Assembly (NCBI GenBank): GCA_030754595.1 | Contig: JASLZZ010000084.1 | Location: 12,578 to 76,577 of the forward strand | Direction of reading: 5' to 3' | DNA from: Nitrospinota bacterium | GTDB lineage: Bacteria; UBA8248 | Length of the DNA: 64,000 nt | Shown: piece after piece, positions 37,643-47,908 of the stretch | How the letters are laid out: each line of letters begins with the position of its first letter | Position numbering within the stretch: position 1 is the first letter of the stretch | Notes under the pieces: generated by a model | Seen by the model: the letters and a program-made list of their open reading frames with translations, nothing else | The model's database searches: none | Told to the model about the DNA's origin: nothing | Translations under genes and position numbers: made by a program

Positions 37643-38677
37643 ATGGACAAGAAAATCGCGGTGCTCGGCACAGGCGCCATCGGAAGCAGCGTGGCCGCCG
37701 ACCTCACGAAAGCGGAATACGATGTGACCATCGTCGACCAGTGGGCGGAGCACGTCGAGGCGATGAAAAAAAATGGCCTGCACATCGAGCTGCCGGACAT
37801 GGAACTGAAAGTGCCGGTGAAAGCCTGCCACCTTTACGAAATGGCCTCGTCGAATCCCGAGTTCGACATCGTATTTCTCTGTGTAAAATCCTACGACAGC
37901 CGCTGGATGGTTGAGTTCATCAAACCCTATTTAAAGAGCGACGGCGTGCTCGTCGGCCTTCAAAACAGCCTGAACGACGATTCGCACGCCTCCATCCTCG
38001 GCCGTGAGCGGGTGGTGGGCTGCGCCATCGAGCTTTCGGCGGAAATCTTCACACCCGGCCTGGTGCAGCGTAACACCAGCCATGCGGGCACCTGGTTCGG
38101 CCTCGGCGAACTCGACGGGTCCGTTACTCCCCGGGTCAAGGAGCTTCAGGAAATCCTGAGTCACGTAGCCAAAGTGGATATCACCCAAAATATTTACGGG
38201 GCAAGGTGGACAAAGCTCCTGGCCAACTCGATGACGATGGGACCATACGGCCTCCTTGGCATCCAGAACGCCGAGGCTGTGAAGATGGACGGGATGCTTG
38301 AAATACAAATGCACCTCGGCAAGGAATCAATGGAAGTGGGCACCGCGATCGGCCATAGCATAGAACCTGTTTTCGGTCTGAACGCGGACGACTTCGCCGG
38401 CTCGGACGATCAGGTGTTGATGACGGCGATGAAAACGCTGATGAGTCATGTCGGCACACGCGCTAGAACCGCCCCGATTCAGGATCACATCAAGGGCCGC
38501 AGGAGCGAGATGGCGTTCATCAACGGCCTGGTGTCGAGCAAGGGACGAGAGGTCGGAATACCGACGCCCTATAACGACGCCGTGACCGAAATCGCCCTCG
38601 ATATCGACAAGGGCAAACTCAAAATGGATAGATCGAACTTTGAAATTCTACAGGCGAAGATAGCCGAGTCTCGTTAG
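37643..38677 (+). CDS. Ketopantoate reductase (PanE/ApbA) family oxidoreductase
   Basis: GTGAIG, VKSY, LQN, WTKLLAN, RSE..FING, PTPYN. Confidence 0.85.
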   Translation: MDKKIAVLGTGAIGSSVAADLTKAEYDVTIVDQWAEHVEAMKKNGLHIELPDMELKVPVKACHLYEMASSNPEFDIVFLCVKSYDSRWMVEFIKPYLKSDGVLVGLQNSLNDDSHASILGRERVVGCAIELSAEIFTPGLVQRNTSHAGTWFGLGELDGSVTPRVKELQEILSHVAKVDITQNIYGARWTKLLANSMTMGPYGLLGIQNAEAVKMDGMLEIQMHLGKESMEVGTAIGHSIEPVFGLNADDFAGSDDQVLMTAMKTLMSHVGTRARTAPIQDHIKGRRSEMAFINGLVSSKGREVGIPTPYNDAVTEIALDIDKGKLKMDRSNFEILQAKIAESR

Positions 38678-38831
38678 GGAGCCTCCAGGAACCGCTTAAT
38701 TTCCCGGGATACCAAGGGGAGGTTTCGGACTAACGGAGGAGGGTCGCTCTTCATTTTCCTGCCCGGGCGGCCGGACGTGTCCCGGCATTCCGGCGCGGTT
38801 GAATCGCGGAGCGCGGCCCCCGCCCCTCCTG

Positions 38832-39683
38832 TCAGACGTGAATCCGATCGTTGAGAGAAAAATCGGCCTCTATCGGGGAATGATCGCTCAACCTGTTCAC
38901 CCTGGCGGCCTCGAGGTAGCGGCACCGGACCGCGTTCAGCGAATCCGAGGCGAAAATATGGTCGAACCTTCTTCCCGGGGCCTTAGTTTTCTTTCGAATC
39001 GGATACCAGCTGAAATCCCGCGCCTCCCATCCACGAAGCGCCCGGTACACATCCGGAAGATCGTATTTTCCCAATCCCGCCATGATGTTGCGCTCAGCCG
39101 CGTCCCAGCGCGCGCCGTCCCCGTTCCGGAACCGCTTCCGCGTCACGGCCTCGCCGTCCGACCGTATCCGCTGGGCCCAAGTGACGATCTCTCCCGACGG
39201 GTATTCTTCCTGCGGGGCGTTGAAATCCCCGCATAAAATACGGGGCCGCTTCGTTTTCCTGGAAAGACCCCGGTAAATTCCCTCGAGCGTTTCCACCTTC
39301 TTCCATCCATTCGTCGAGCCGGGCGGAATATAGGCGGCGTGCAAATCGAAAGAAATTTCCGGGCCTTCAATCGAGACGGACAGAAACTTTTCCTTCCACG
39401 GAACCCGGAAATTTTTCCGGCGAATCAATCCGACGGGATACCTAGAGGCGATCATCACCCCGTACCGCCTCGGCCCCTTTAACAGCGATGAATTCCGGAA
39501 CGACTCGAAACTGTCATGGATGAACGGGAGTCCGATTTCCCGGAAACCTTCGCGAAACAGCGGAACGCTATTGGGGGTCACTTCCTGGAGGGCGATGAGG
39601 TCCGGTTTTCTTTTCCGAAGGAATTCCACCAGATGGGCGACCCTTCGGGTCCGGGCGTTCGTATTCCAGGAAATCAATCGCAT
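38832..39683 (-). CDS. Endonuclease/exonuclease/phosphatase (ExoIII-like) protein
   Basis: SWN, LQE, Y.P.G, GDFN, RFDHIF, SDHSPI. Confidence 0.9.
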   Translation of the reverse strand: MRLISWNTNARTRRVAHLVEFLRKRKPDLIALQEVTPNSVPLFREGFREIGLPFIHDSFESFRNSSLLKGPRRYGVMIASRYPVGLIRRKNFRVPWKEKFLSVSIEGPEISFDLHAAYIPPGSTNGWKKVETLEGIYRGLSRKTKRPRILCGDFNAPQEEYPSGEIVTWAQRIRSDGEAVTRKRFRNGDGARWDAAERNIMAGLGKYDLPDVYRALRGWEARDFSWYPIRKKTKAPGRRFDHIFASDSLNAVRCRYLEAARVNRLSDHSPIEADFSLNDRIHV

Positions 39684-39942
39684 GAATCGCTCTCTGAAAA
39701 ACTGACGCGCCGCATCGAAAAGGCCCGTTTCAAATATCCGGGGTTGTGTTTAAAAACCGGTATTTCCCGAATGGTAGCTTGAATAGCGCCATTCTAGCCT
39801 CGAATGGCGTCTTCATGACAAGGCTTTCAACTGTGCGCCCGAATCGGCCCCGCGCCACCCCACGCCCCCTGCCGGTTTGCTATGATAAATCTCAGTATAG
39901 ATGGCCCGGCGTTTGGCTGGCCCGGCTTTTATCCAATAATTC

Positions 39943-40410
39943 ATGGATGAAAACGAAATGCTCCACCTCGCGCTCTACCGCCCCGCGATACCGCAGAACA
40001 CCGGAAACATCGGCCGCCTCTGCGTCGGGATGCGGGCGCACCTCCACATCATCCGGCCCACCACTTTCGAACTCTCGGACAAGACGCTGAAGCGGGCGGG
40101 GCTCGACTACTGGGGGGACCTCGAATACACCGTCCACGAGAGCGCCGATCATTTCCTGGGCTGGCTGGGCGGGCGGGAGCCCTGGCTGATTACCAAGCTG
40201 GGCGACCTGCGCTACGACAAGGCCCCGTACGAGGACGGGGACGTGCTCATCCTCGGGAACGAGAACACCGGGCTGCCCGGGGCCTGGCACGAGCGCTGGC
40301 CGGGCCGCCGGGTGTTCGTGCCGATCATCGGCCCCATCCGCTCCTACAACGTCGCCAACACCGCCGCGATCGTCTTGGCGCAAGGGATGTTGAGCGTGAA
40401 CGGTGGGTGA
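39943..40410 (+). CDS. trmL: tRNA (cytidine/uridine(34)-2'-O)-methyltransferase TrmL
   Basis: P.IPQNTGNIGRLC, KRAGLDYW, GNENTGLP, RSYNVAN. Confidence 0.92.
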   Translation: MDENEMLHLALYRPAIPQNTGNIGRLCVGMRAHLHIIRPTTFELSDKTLKRAGLDYWGDLEYTVHESADHFLGWLGGREPWLITKLGDLRYDKAPYEDGDVLILGNENTGLPGAWHERWPGRRVFVPIIGPIRSYNVANTAAIVLAQGMLSVNGG

Positions 40411-40468
40411 GGGGAAGATAAGTTTGAACGGCGGATGTGGCTAGACTGCCGGGGATCGTACCCGTGAC

Positions 40469-41440
40469 TCACTCCCCCGCCATCTCCATCATCTTTCGGG
40501 CCATCCCGGCGGTGACGTTTCCGCCGGTGACGCAGGCGACGGTCTTGCGGCCGGTGTCCACCTTGCCCGCCAAAAACCCGGCGGCGGCGACGGCCCCGGC
40601 GGGCTCGGCCATGATCTTCGCGCGCATGAGCAGCGAGCGGAAGGCGCGGGCGATGTCGGCCTCGGAGACGAGTACAATCCCGTCCAGATATTTCTGGATG
40701 TGGCGAAACGGAAACGCCCCGGGCCGGACGGCGGAGAGTCCGTCGGCGACGGAGTCCCAGTAGTCGATGGCGGTGGGCTCTCCCTTTTGAAGGGAGACGT
40801 AGGCGGCGTTCGCCCGCTCGGGCTGGACGCCGACGACGCGGACGTCCGGAAGCGTCTCCTTGATCGCCGCCCCTACCCCGGCGGCGACTCCGCCGCTGCT
40901 CACCGGGACGAGGACGGTCTCCACATCCGGCATGTCCTCGGCGATTTCGAGGCCGAGGCTCCCGTGGCCGGTGGTTCCCATCGGCTCCTCCCAGGTGTCG
41001 ATGGCGGTCATCCCGCGCTCTTCGGCGATTCGCTCGACGGCGGGCTGGCGGCCGAGGGCGTCCTCGCCGCAAAAAACCACCTCGGCCCCGTAGCCCTTGG
41101 TGGCGGCGACCTTGTAGGGGCTGGTGCGGTCGAGCATGACGACGGTGACCGGCGCCCCCATCAACCCGCCCGCGAAGCCGAAGGCCTGGGCGAAATTTCC
41201 GGACGAGGTGAGGACCACCCCCTTCCGGCGCTCCTCGGGGGAGAGGGCGCCCAGGATCGTGAACGCGGCGCGGACCTTGTAGGCGCCGGTGACCTGGAGG
41301 TTCTCGGCCTTGAGGAAAAGTCGCTCGGCGCCCACATCGGGGGAGTCCGCGGAAAAGGGAATAATGGGGGTCCGCCGGACGGCGGGGGGGAGCGCCGCGC
41401 GCGCTTTCTCGATCTCGGCGAGCGTGACGAACCTGTCCAT
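40469..41440 (-). CDS. PLP-dependent Ser/Thr dehydratase / serine racemase family protein
   Basis: RTP, LKAENLQVTGAYKVR, SSGN.AQ, SVADGL, EPAGA, TGGN. Confidence 0.88.
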   Translation of the reverse strand: MDRFVTLAEIEKARAALPPAVRRTPIIPFSADSPDVGAERLFLKAENLQVTGAYKVRAAFTILGALSPEERRKGVVLTSSGNFAQAFGFAGGLMGAPVTVVMLDRTSPYKVAATKGYGAEVVFCGEDALGRQPAVERIAEERGMTAIDTWEEPMGTTGHGSLGLEIAEDMPDVETVLVPVSSGGVAAGVGAAIKETLPDVRVVGVQPERANAAYVSLQKGEPTAIDYWDSVADGLSAVRPGAFPFRHIQKYLDGIVLVSEADIARAFRSLLMRAKIMAEPAGAVAAAGFLAGKVDTGRKTVACVTGGNVTAGMARKMMEMAGE

Positions 41441-41534
41441 GCGCGGGTCTCCCTGATAGATTATCGAGGGACATTCTAGCAGAACGGCCCATGGACGTGC
41501 GCCCCTCGCCCGTGCTCATGGAGAGGTTGTCGAG

Positions 41535-42449
41535 ATGACTGGTCCTGAGATCGCCCGGCTGGTGGACTCGGTGAGGGAGGATGAACTGAGGCGGTGGGTG
41601 GAGCGGCTCTCGTTTCTCCGCCACGGCCAGCTGAACCCGGAAGCGCTCGAGGAGGCGGGCCGCATGGTCGAGGAGCGCTTCGCGGAGCTGGGCATGAAGT
41701 CCGAGCGGCAGGTGTTCGAGTACCGGGGGAGGGCCTTTTTCAACGTCGTGGCCGAGCTGCCGGGGCGGGAGGCGGGGCTTCCCCCGTTTCTCGCCGGGGC
41801 GCACTACGACGCGGCCTGGGGCTCGCCCGGGGCGGACGATAACGCGAGCGCGGTCGCGGCGATGCTGGTGGCGGCCGGAGCGCTGGCCGGGGGGGGCCTG
41901 GCCGGGCATGCGCCGCGGAGAACGATCCGCTTCGCGGGCTTCAGCATCGAGGAGCCCCAGGACGAGCGCGACCGGCGCTGCCGCCACGGGAGCCGCCACT
42001 TCGCCCGGCGCGCGTTTTGGGGGCGAGAGCGCTACGCGGGGGTTTTCATCCTCGAGTCGGTGGGCTACACCGATCCCGCGCCGGGGAGTCAGCAGGTTCC
42101 CCTGAACCTGCCGCTCGCGGTGCCGGAGGCGGGAACATTCCTCGGGGTGGTGGGAAACCGCCGGGCGAAAAAAATGATGGCACTATTCACTCGCGCGGCA
42201 CGGGAGTACGCCCCCGATCTCAAGGTCGTCTCCCACCGCTTTCCGCTGGCCGGGTGGCTGGTCCCCGCTACCCGGATGAGCGACCACGCGCCGTTTTGGG
42301 ACCGGGGCTACCCTGCGGCGATGCTGACGGACACGGCGTTCTTGAGGAACCCGAACTATCACCGCGCCTCCGACCGGCCCGAGACGCTCGACTACGCCTT
42401 CATGGCGAACGTGACGCGGGCGCTCGCCGCCGCGATGGCCGAGGGGTGA
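41535..42449 (+). CDS. M28 family peptidase
   Basis: GAHYD, GADDNAS, EEP, SDHAPFW, RNPNYH..SD. Confidence 0.88.
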   Translation: MTGPEIARLVDSVREDELRRWVERLSFLRHGQLNPEALEEAGRMVEERFAELGMKSERQVFEYRGRAFFNVVAELPGREAGLPPFLAGAHYDAAWGSPGADDNASAVAAMLVAAGALAGGGLAGHAPRRTIRFAGFSIEEPQDERDRRCRHGSRHFARRAFWGRERYAGVFILESVGYTDPAPGSQQVPLNLPLAVPEAGTFLGVVGNRRAKKMMALFTRAAREYAPDLKVVSHRFPLAGWLVPATRMSDHAPFWDRGYPAAMLTDTAFLRNPNYHRASDRPETLDYAFMANVTRALAAAMAEG

Positions 42450-42517
42450 GCCTCGATTGGGGTGAACTCCGCTCCGGGACAGGCTCCGCAACGAGGTAAG
42501 GATCTCTAGAGGACGAT

Positions 42518-44092
42518 GTGAATTTCACGGGCTGGATGTACGACATCGCGCGGGAGCAATCGCCGGGCGAGGACTATCTGCTCGAATTGATCGGGCGCTC
42601 GGCCGGGGCCGGCTATAACGCGGTGGGCCTTTACCTCGAGCACCGCTTCGCCTACCCCTCGGCCCCCTGGGCGGCAGGGCCGGGCTGCCTGACGCCGGAG
42701 ACGGCGGGGCGGCTGTCGAAGGCGGCGCGGGAGTTCGGGGTCCGCCTCATCCCCTTTTTAAATACGCTGGGCCACATGGAGGGATTCATCCGGGCCGAGG
42801 GGGGCCAGTGGCTTGCCGAGGCGCCGGGGCGGGGGGTTTTGCAGATTTGCCCGAGCCGGGAGGAGTGCCGCGAGTTCGCCTCCGGCCTCGTGGCCGACGC
42901 GGCGGCGGCCTTTGACGACGAATGGATCCACCTGGGCGGGGACGAGACGCATCAACTGGGCGAGTGTCCCCGCTGCCGGGAGCGGGCGGCGGAGATCGGC
43001 GAGGTGGGCCTTTATGCCGAGTTCTATGGGAGACTCTGCCGCGAGGCGATCGCCCTCGGGCGGCGGCCCTGCCTCTGGGGTGACATGCTCGCCAAGTATC
43101 CCGATGCGCTCGGCGGGATTCCCCCCGAGACGGTGATTTTCGACTGGAACTACGAGGAGGCTCCCTCGGAGACGAGCGCGATGTTCCGCGAGCGGGGCTT
43201 TGATGTGGTGCTCTCCTCGGCGGTGCGCTCCTACGACGCGAACTGGTGTTTCCTGGACGATACCCGCCGGGTGATCGACTCCCACCGGGAGGAGGCCCAA
43301 AGGGCCGGCGCGGACCAGTCCGGCACAGAGCAATCCGGCGCCCGCAGGGCCGGGCAGCTTGTTTGCGCCTGGGAGTTTTTCGGGTTCTCCCCGTTCGAGT
43401 CGGTCCTGCCGGTGGTGATGGCGGCGGGCCGGCGGATTTCGGCGGGTGAAGAGTGGGGGGCCGCGCTCGAGGCCGAGGGCGGCGAGGCGTTCGCCCGCGC
43501 GGTCGAGATTCTTGGGAGTGAAATCCCCCGGCTCTCCCCGTTTCTCGCGCCGGGGGGGTGGCGCTCGCTCCGCGAGCCGCTCATCAAGCAGGGCGACCCT
43601 TTTCGCCTCTGGCGGGCCTGGCGGGAGGACGCCTGCAGTAGAGTGGGCGATAGGGTCCTCGAGGCGCTGGAGGAGGCGGGCGATCTTATCGGGCCGGAGA
43701 GCCCCGGGCCGGAAAACCCGCTCCGCTTCCCGGTGGATTTTCACCGCGCCTGTCTGGAGTGGGTGCGCCTGGTGGAGCGGGCGGCGGAGCGATACGCCGC
43801 CGGAAATGTGGAGAGCGCGGCGGCGCTATTGGGCGAGGGCGCGCGCGTCCTCGTCCGGCTCAGGCCGGGGCTCGAGAGGATCGCGGCGGGCGGGGGCTCC
43901 GGGGCCGACCCCCTCCGGCTGGACGGCCTCCTCGAGGCGATCGAGCGCGCCCAGGGCAACCTCCGCGCCGCCCCTGAAACCGGCGGCGGCAGGCCCGCCT
44001 TCGAGATACTCACCCAGGCGGGATACATCCCCGGCGATCAGGCGGGCTGGCCGGCCGAGGGGACGGCCTCGGGCTGGCGGGAGCGCGGCTAG
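42518..44092 (+). CDS. Glycoside hydrolase family 20 (beta-N-acetylhexosaminidase-like)
   Basis: MYDIAR, IP..N.LGH, the catalytic HLGGDE motif, WGDM, DWNY. No signal peptide. Confidence 0.82.
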   Translation: MNFTGWMYDIAREQSPGEDYLLELIGRSAGAGYNAVGLYLEHRFAYPSAPWAAGPGCLTPETAGRLSKAAREFGVRLIPFLNTLGHMEGFIRAEGGQWLAEAPGRGVLQICPSREECREFASGLVADAAAAFDDEWIHLGGDETHQLGECPRCRERAAEIGEVGLYAEFYGRLCREAIALGRRPCLWGDMLAKYPDALGGIPPETVIFDWNYEEAPSETSAMFRERGFDVVLSSAVRSYDANWCFLDDTRRVIDSHREEAQRAGADQSGTEQSGARRAGQLVCAWEFFGFSPFESVLPVVMAAGRRISAGEEWGAALEAEGGEAFARAVEILGSEIPRLSPFLAPGGWRSLREPLIKQGDPFRLWRAWREDACSRVGDRVLEALEEAGDLIGPESPGPENPLRFPVDFHRACLEWVRLVERAAERYAAGNVESAAALLGEGARVLVRLRPGLERIAAGGGSGADPLRLDGLLEAIERAQGNLRAAPETGGGRPAFEILTQAGYIPGDQAGWPAEGTASGWRERG

Positions 44093-45777
44093 CCCCGCTG
44101 TTTCACGGCGTCCTTGCGCCGGGGCTCGGGGTAGATGTCGGCGTCGATGATCACGTCCACCAGAACGGGCTTGTTCTGCTTCAACGCTTCCGAGTAGACA
44201 TCCTCCAGCTCGCTCGGGTCCTCGACCCGGTAGCCGACGGCCCCGAAGGCGCGCGCGTAGTCGTCGAAGCGGGGGTTGCCGATGGCGTCGCCGATGTAGC
44301 GCTCGTTATAGAAGTGGTTCTGGTAGGCCCGCTCGGAGCCCAGGTTGTGGTTGTTGAGGATGATGGTCACGGTGTTGAGCTTCTCGCGGACGGCGGTTTC
44401 GAGCTCGGCCCCGTTGAAGAGGAAGGCGCCGTCCCCGCTGATGGTGACGACGGGGCGGTCTGGGCAGGCGAGCTTCGCCCCCAGCCCGAGGGGGTAGCCG
44501 ATACCGATGGCGGCCAGGTCCTGCGGGGCGAGAAAGCTGCGAGGCCGGTCGAACTGGTGGTACTCGTAGACGTAGCCCGCCGCGCTCCCGGCGTCGAGCG
44601 TGATAATGGCGTTCTGGGGAATCACCTTGGCGAGGGCCATCTGCGCCCGGCGCGGGTCGATGGGCTTGGCGCCGTAGGTCAGGCCTTTTTCACGGTGGGC
44701 GCTCTGTGCCGCCATGACCTCATCCGCGCGGCGTTTCCAATCCGAACCAGACCCTTCCGCAGCGGAGCTATTGTCTCCCGTGAGGGCGAGCAGCCCTTGC
44801 AGTACGAGTCCCGAATCGCCGATGAGGCCGACCTCGGCCGGGTAGTGGCGCTCGACGCTTTTCTGATCGTGGGCCGCATGGATCAGTTTCGTCCCCTCGC
44901 CGAGGAAAGTGTCCCGCAGGAAGGTGGTGCTGTGGGCGAGCCGGGTCCCCACGGCCAGGACGACGTCGGCCTCCTTGAAGAGCGCGCCCGCCTCGGGGAT
45001 GGTGCCGCGCCCGATCGAACCCAGGAAAAGCGGGTGGGCGGTCGGAACCACGTCGTCCCTGCCCGTCGAGGTCATGATCGGCGCGCCGAGGGCCTCGGCC
45101 AGCGCGATGAGATCGTCGGTCGCCTCGGCCCAGATGACTCCGCCCCCCGCGAGGATGAGGGGCCGCGCCGCTTTTTTTAGCAGCTCGGCCGCCTCGGCGA
45201 GCCTCGCCGGGTCGGCCCCGGCCCGGGGGAGATCGTCTGAGCCGCGGCTGTTCAGCCGGGGGACATCCACATCCTCGAGCATGATGTCGCGCGGGATGTC
45301 GAGGTGAACCGGCCCCGGAACGCCCGAGATTGCCGTGTGATAGGCCTCGCGGACGAGATTGGCCGTCTGCCCGGCCTTCCGCACCTGGATGGTTCGCTTG
45401 ACGACGGGCGCGAACATCGCCAGGTGATCGATTTCCTGGGTGGACTCGTAGAACATGTCCTTCGTCATCGGCGCGCCCGTGATGACGACGACCGGGCTCT
45501 GCGCCAGCTTGGCGTGGGCCACCCCGGTGATGAGGTTGGTGGCGCCCGGCCCGTTTGTCGCCATGCAGACGCCGGGGGATCCGGTAAGGCGGCCGTGGGC
45601 GCTCGCCATCAGCGCTCCGCTCTGCTCGTGGCGCACGGTGACGAACCCCAGGTCCTCCCGGCCGTACATGCCGTCGAGAATTTCGACCAGGCACGAACCC
45701 GCCATCCCGATGACGTTTCGCACCCCCAGTTGAGCAAGCGACTCGGCTACCGCGTATCCCGCAGACATCTTGGCCAT
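44089..45777 (-). CDS. ThDP-dependent enzyme resembling sulfoacetaldehyde acetyltransferase (Xsc)
   Basis: RHEQ, NGPG, F.RPRSFLAP, GAK.A.PDRP, GDGAF...GSER..Q..FY..RY.G and a C-terminal EP.R.DA.K, which recall Xsc rather than ALS. Confidence 0.75.
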   Translation of the reverse strand: MAKMSAGYAVAESLAQLGVRNVIGMAGSCLVEILDGMYGREDLGFVTVRHEQSGALMASAHGRLTGSPGVCMATNGPGATNLITGVAHAKLAQSPVVVITGAPMTKDMFYESTQEIDHLAMFAPVVKRTIQVRKAGQTANLVREAYHTAISGVPGPVHLDIPRDIMLEDVDVPRLNSRGSDDLPRAGADPARLAEAAELLKKAARPLILAGGGVIWAEATDDLIALAEALGAPIMTSTGRDDVVPTAHPLFLGSIGRGTIPEAGALFKEADVVLAVGTRLAHSTTFLRDTFLGEGTKLIHAAHDQKSVERHYPAEVGLIGDSGLVLQGLLALTGDNSSAAEGSGSDWKRRADEVMAAQSAHREKGLTYGAKPIDPRRAQMALAKVIPQNAIITLDAGSAAGYVYEYHQFDRPRSFLAPQDLAAIGIGYPLGLGAKLACPDRPVVTISGDGAFLFNGAELETAVREKLNTVTIILNNHNLGSERAYQNHFYNERYIGDAIGNPRFDDYARAFGAVGYRVEDPSELEDVYSEALKQNKPVLVDVIIDADIYPEPRRKDAVKQRG

Positions 45778-45918
45778 CGTATCCTACCGGCTAAATCATG
45801 CCGTTGTTTTAAGCCGTTTAAATGAAATGAATGGGATTTTGACCCTCGAAACGAGACTAGGCCGCGTCAGGAGGCATGTCAAGGAAGCGGGGCGAAGCGG
45901 CGGAGCGGGCTCCTCCGC

Positions 45919-46776
45919 CTACTTCGGCTTGCAGGCGAAGGGCCAAACAACCTTGGCGCCCTCGGGGACGATTTTTCCGGTGGTCGTTTTGTAGGCGAAT
46001 TTTACGGATTTTTGATCGTCCGGCAGGGCTTTTAGCTCGGCTGACTTCGTAGGCCCTCCCTTGTAGAGCGCCATCGGATCCATCCACTCTCCCTTGAGGG
46101 GCACGAAAATCCGCTTGGCGATGTATTTGTTCCCCGGACTGAAAAAGGCGGTGAAGTGAAGATGCGCGTGCCCGAGCGAGCCGTAGTAGCCTCCCTGGGT
46201 GCCGGTGTCGCCGGAGGGGGCGATGACCTCGCCCATTTCGACCCGCTGGCCGATCTCAAGGTCCGGCATCTCGCGCAGGTGCTTGTACTCGGTATAGGTC
46301 CAGACGCCGAGGCCGGTATCCTCGGGCGAATGCTGGAGCATCATCCCGATCCCGCCGATGCCCTCGCCCTCTTTCTTTTGAATAACCCGCCCGGCAGCGA
46401 CGGCGAGGATGGGCGTACCCTCCGGCGCGGGAATGTCCATCCCGCCGTGGTAGCCGTTGTAGTATTTCTGGGTGCGAAAGCTCCCGTCCCCCCGCGAATC
46501 GGAGCCGAACGGCGAGTTCATGATCAGGCAATCGGCGTTCTTGGGATAAACGGGCACTAGGCCCGTCTCAACAAAGCCCTTCGCCCGCATATGGTCAAGG
46601 TCCGCCATCTTGGAAGAGAAGGCGCCGATGATCTCGGGGCTGGGCCGCCCGCCAGGGCCCTTTCTCTTCATCCCGCCGCCGCCCATTCCTCTTCGGCCCC
46701 GCTGGGAGTCCGCGCTATCCACAGCGGCAAGGCAGATGGCGGCCACCAGCAAAACAAGCAGCGACAAACGTTTCAT
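45919..46776 (-). CDS. Secreted M23 family metallopeptidase
   Basis: Signal peptide, Gly/Arg-rich linker, HGGMD (HxxxD), YKHL, GDTG...HLH. Confidence 0.88.
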   Translation of the reverse strand: MKRLSLLVLLVAAICLAAVDSADSQRGRRGMGGGGMKRKGPGGRPSPEIIGAFSSKMADLDHMRAKGFVETGLVPVYPKNADCLIMNSPFGSDSRGDGSFRTQKYYNGYHGGMDIPAPEGTPILAVAAGRVIQKKEGEGIGGIGMMLQHSPEDTGLGVWTYTEYKHLREMPDLEIGQRVEMGEVIAPSGDTGTQGGYYGSLGHAHLHFTAFFSPGNKYIAKRIFVPLKGEWMDPMALYKGGPTKSAELKALPDDQKSVKFAYKTTTGKIVPEGAKVVWPFACKPK

Positions 46777-46803
46777 GGCGTCTCTCCTCTTATCCGGAGT
46801 TGA

Positions 46804-47409
46804 TCATCCTGGGATGTTCATGTTCGCCGTGTCATCGGGCTGGAACCCGATCCGCTCGCCCGGAGGCTCGGGCAGAAGGTGAAGCGCCTCGGCGACGCGG
46901 TTCGAGCAATTGGTGAACCTGGCGACGGCGGTGAGGGTGATGATGTCCCTGTCGTCGAAATTGCGGCGCACCGCCCCCCAGGCCGCCTCGTCGGTCTTGG
47001 CGGTCATCCTGGTCACGGCCTCGGCCCAGCCGATGACCGCCTTTTCCCGCTCGTTGAACAGGCCGCTCTCGCGCCACCCGTCTCCCGAGAGCAGTTCGGT
47101 GTGTTCGTGCGTGTAACCCAGAGCCCGACCGAGCTCTTCGTTGTGCGCGTATCAGTGGCTGCAGGCGTTGATGGCGCTCGCCTTGACGATCATCAACTCC
47201 TCGAGCTTGACGAACTCGACCTCGCCGGATTTGAGGCGCTCGAGCCGCAGCCCCTTGTCCTTGGCGAGCCAGGCCCGGACGAAGGCGGGCGCCCGGCCCA
47301 TGAGCCTGAACAGGTTCGGCACGCTTCCCCACTGGCGCTTGCTCTCCTCGAAAAGATCGGCCACCTCGGCGGGGGTTTCCACTTCGTCGCAAAACGGTAT
47401 TCTCGGCAT
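46804..47409 (-). CDS. AhpD/carboxymuconolactone decarboxylase-like selenoprotein (201 aa; CxxU, Sec at codon 86, TGA 47154-47152)
   Basis: ORFs 47152-47547 and 46804-47016 are in frame across one TGA: ...GSVPN...ELMIVKASAINA-C-S-H-U-YAH...F.EREKAVI.WAEAVT...NRVAEAL. The TGA sits at the second Cys of the AhpD CxxC motif. Confidence 0.88.
47115..47151 (-). promoter_or_regulatory. Candidate bacterial SECIS element
   Basis: AGAGCUC-GGUC-GGGCUCU hairpin with a G-starting tetraloop after a 21-nt spacer from the UGA. Confidence 0.65.
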
Positions 47410-47908
47410 CGGTTCACTCTCCTCGACTTTACGGGCGGCGCGCCGAAGGATGTAGATGAAGCGGCCCGGTCCGGGGAAAAAAAATTCAAAATTCGTTATT
47501 CGGGCAGTACTATCATGAATTATGCGGTAATGCTCTCCCTTTTTCAATTCCGGCCAACGCTCGTCGGCCCGGGCCGGCGGCGCCGCGTGTTCAGGAACGG
47601 GATTGGTGCGGTCTCGTATGTTTGGCCGGATTCACTGGGCCCTGAGAGTGTCCCAGGCGACGGGGGCCGGCGTTTCGGATCATGAATGGGATTTGGAGAA
47701 CATTGTGGATTTAGGCTGAAACCGACCCGCCGCCCGTAATTGGCATAAATTTTATTATTTAAGGCAGCGCTTTTTTAATTTGCCGGGTGAAATGTTGAAA
47801 AATGATCGCCCGGGAAAATGCATAATCCCGATTCTTTCACTATAACGGGGCTAACGGCTTTTATTGCCGGGACAGCCCCTTTTTTTATTGACGCCCTGGA
47901 ATTAATTT

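Noticed and set aside
43300..43720. Short tandem repeats in the GH20 gene (ADQSG/TEQSG; GPESP/GPENP)
   Set aside because: Two-copy, in-frame 15-bp duplications in probable loops; not an array or CRISPR.
47740..47760. Sigma-54 promoter (TTGGCAT) upstream of the HDOD gene
   Set aside because: The -12 TTGC element is missing at the required spacing.
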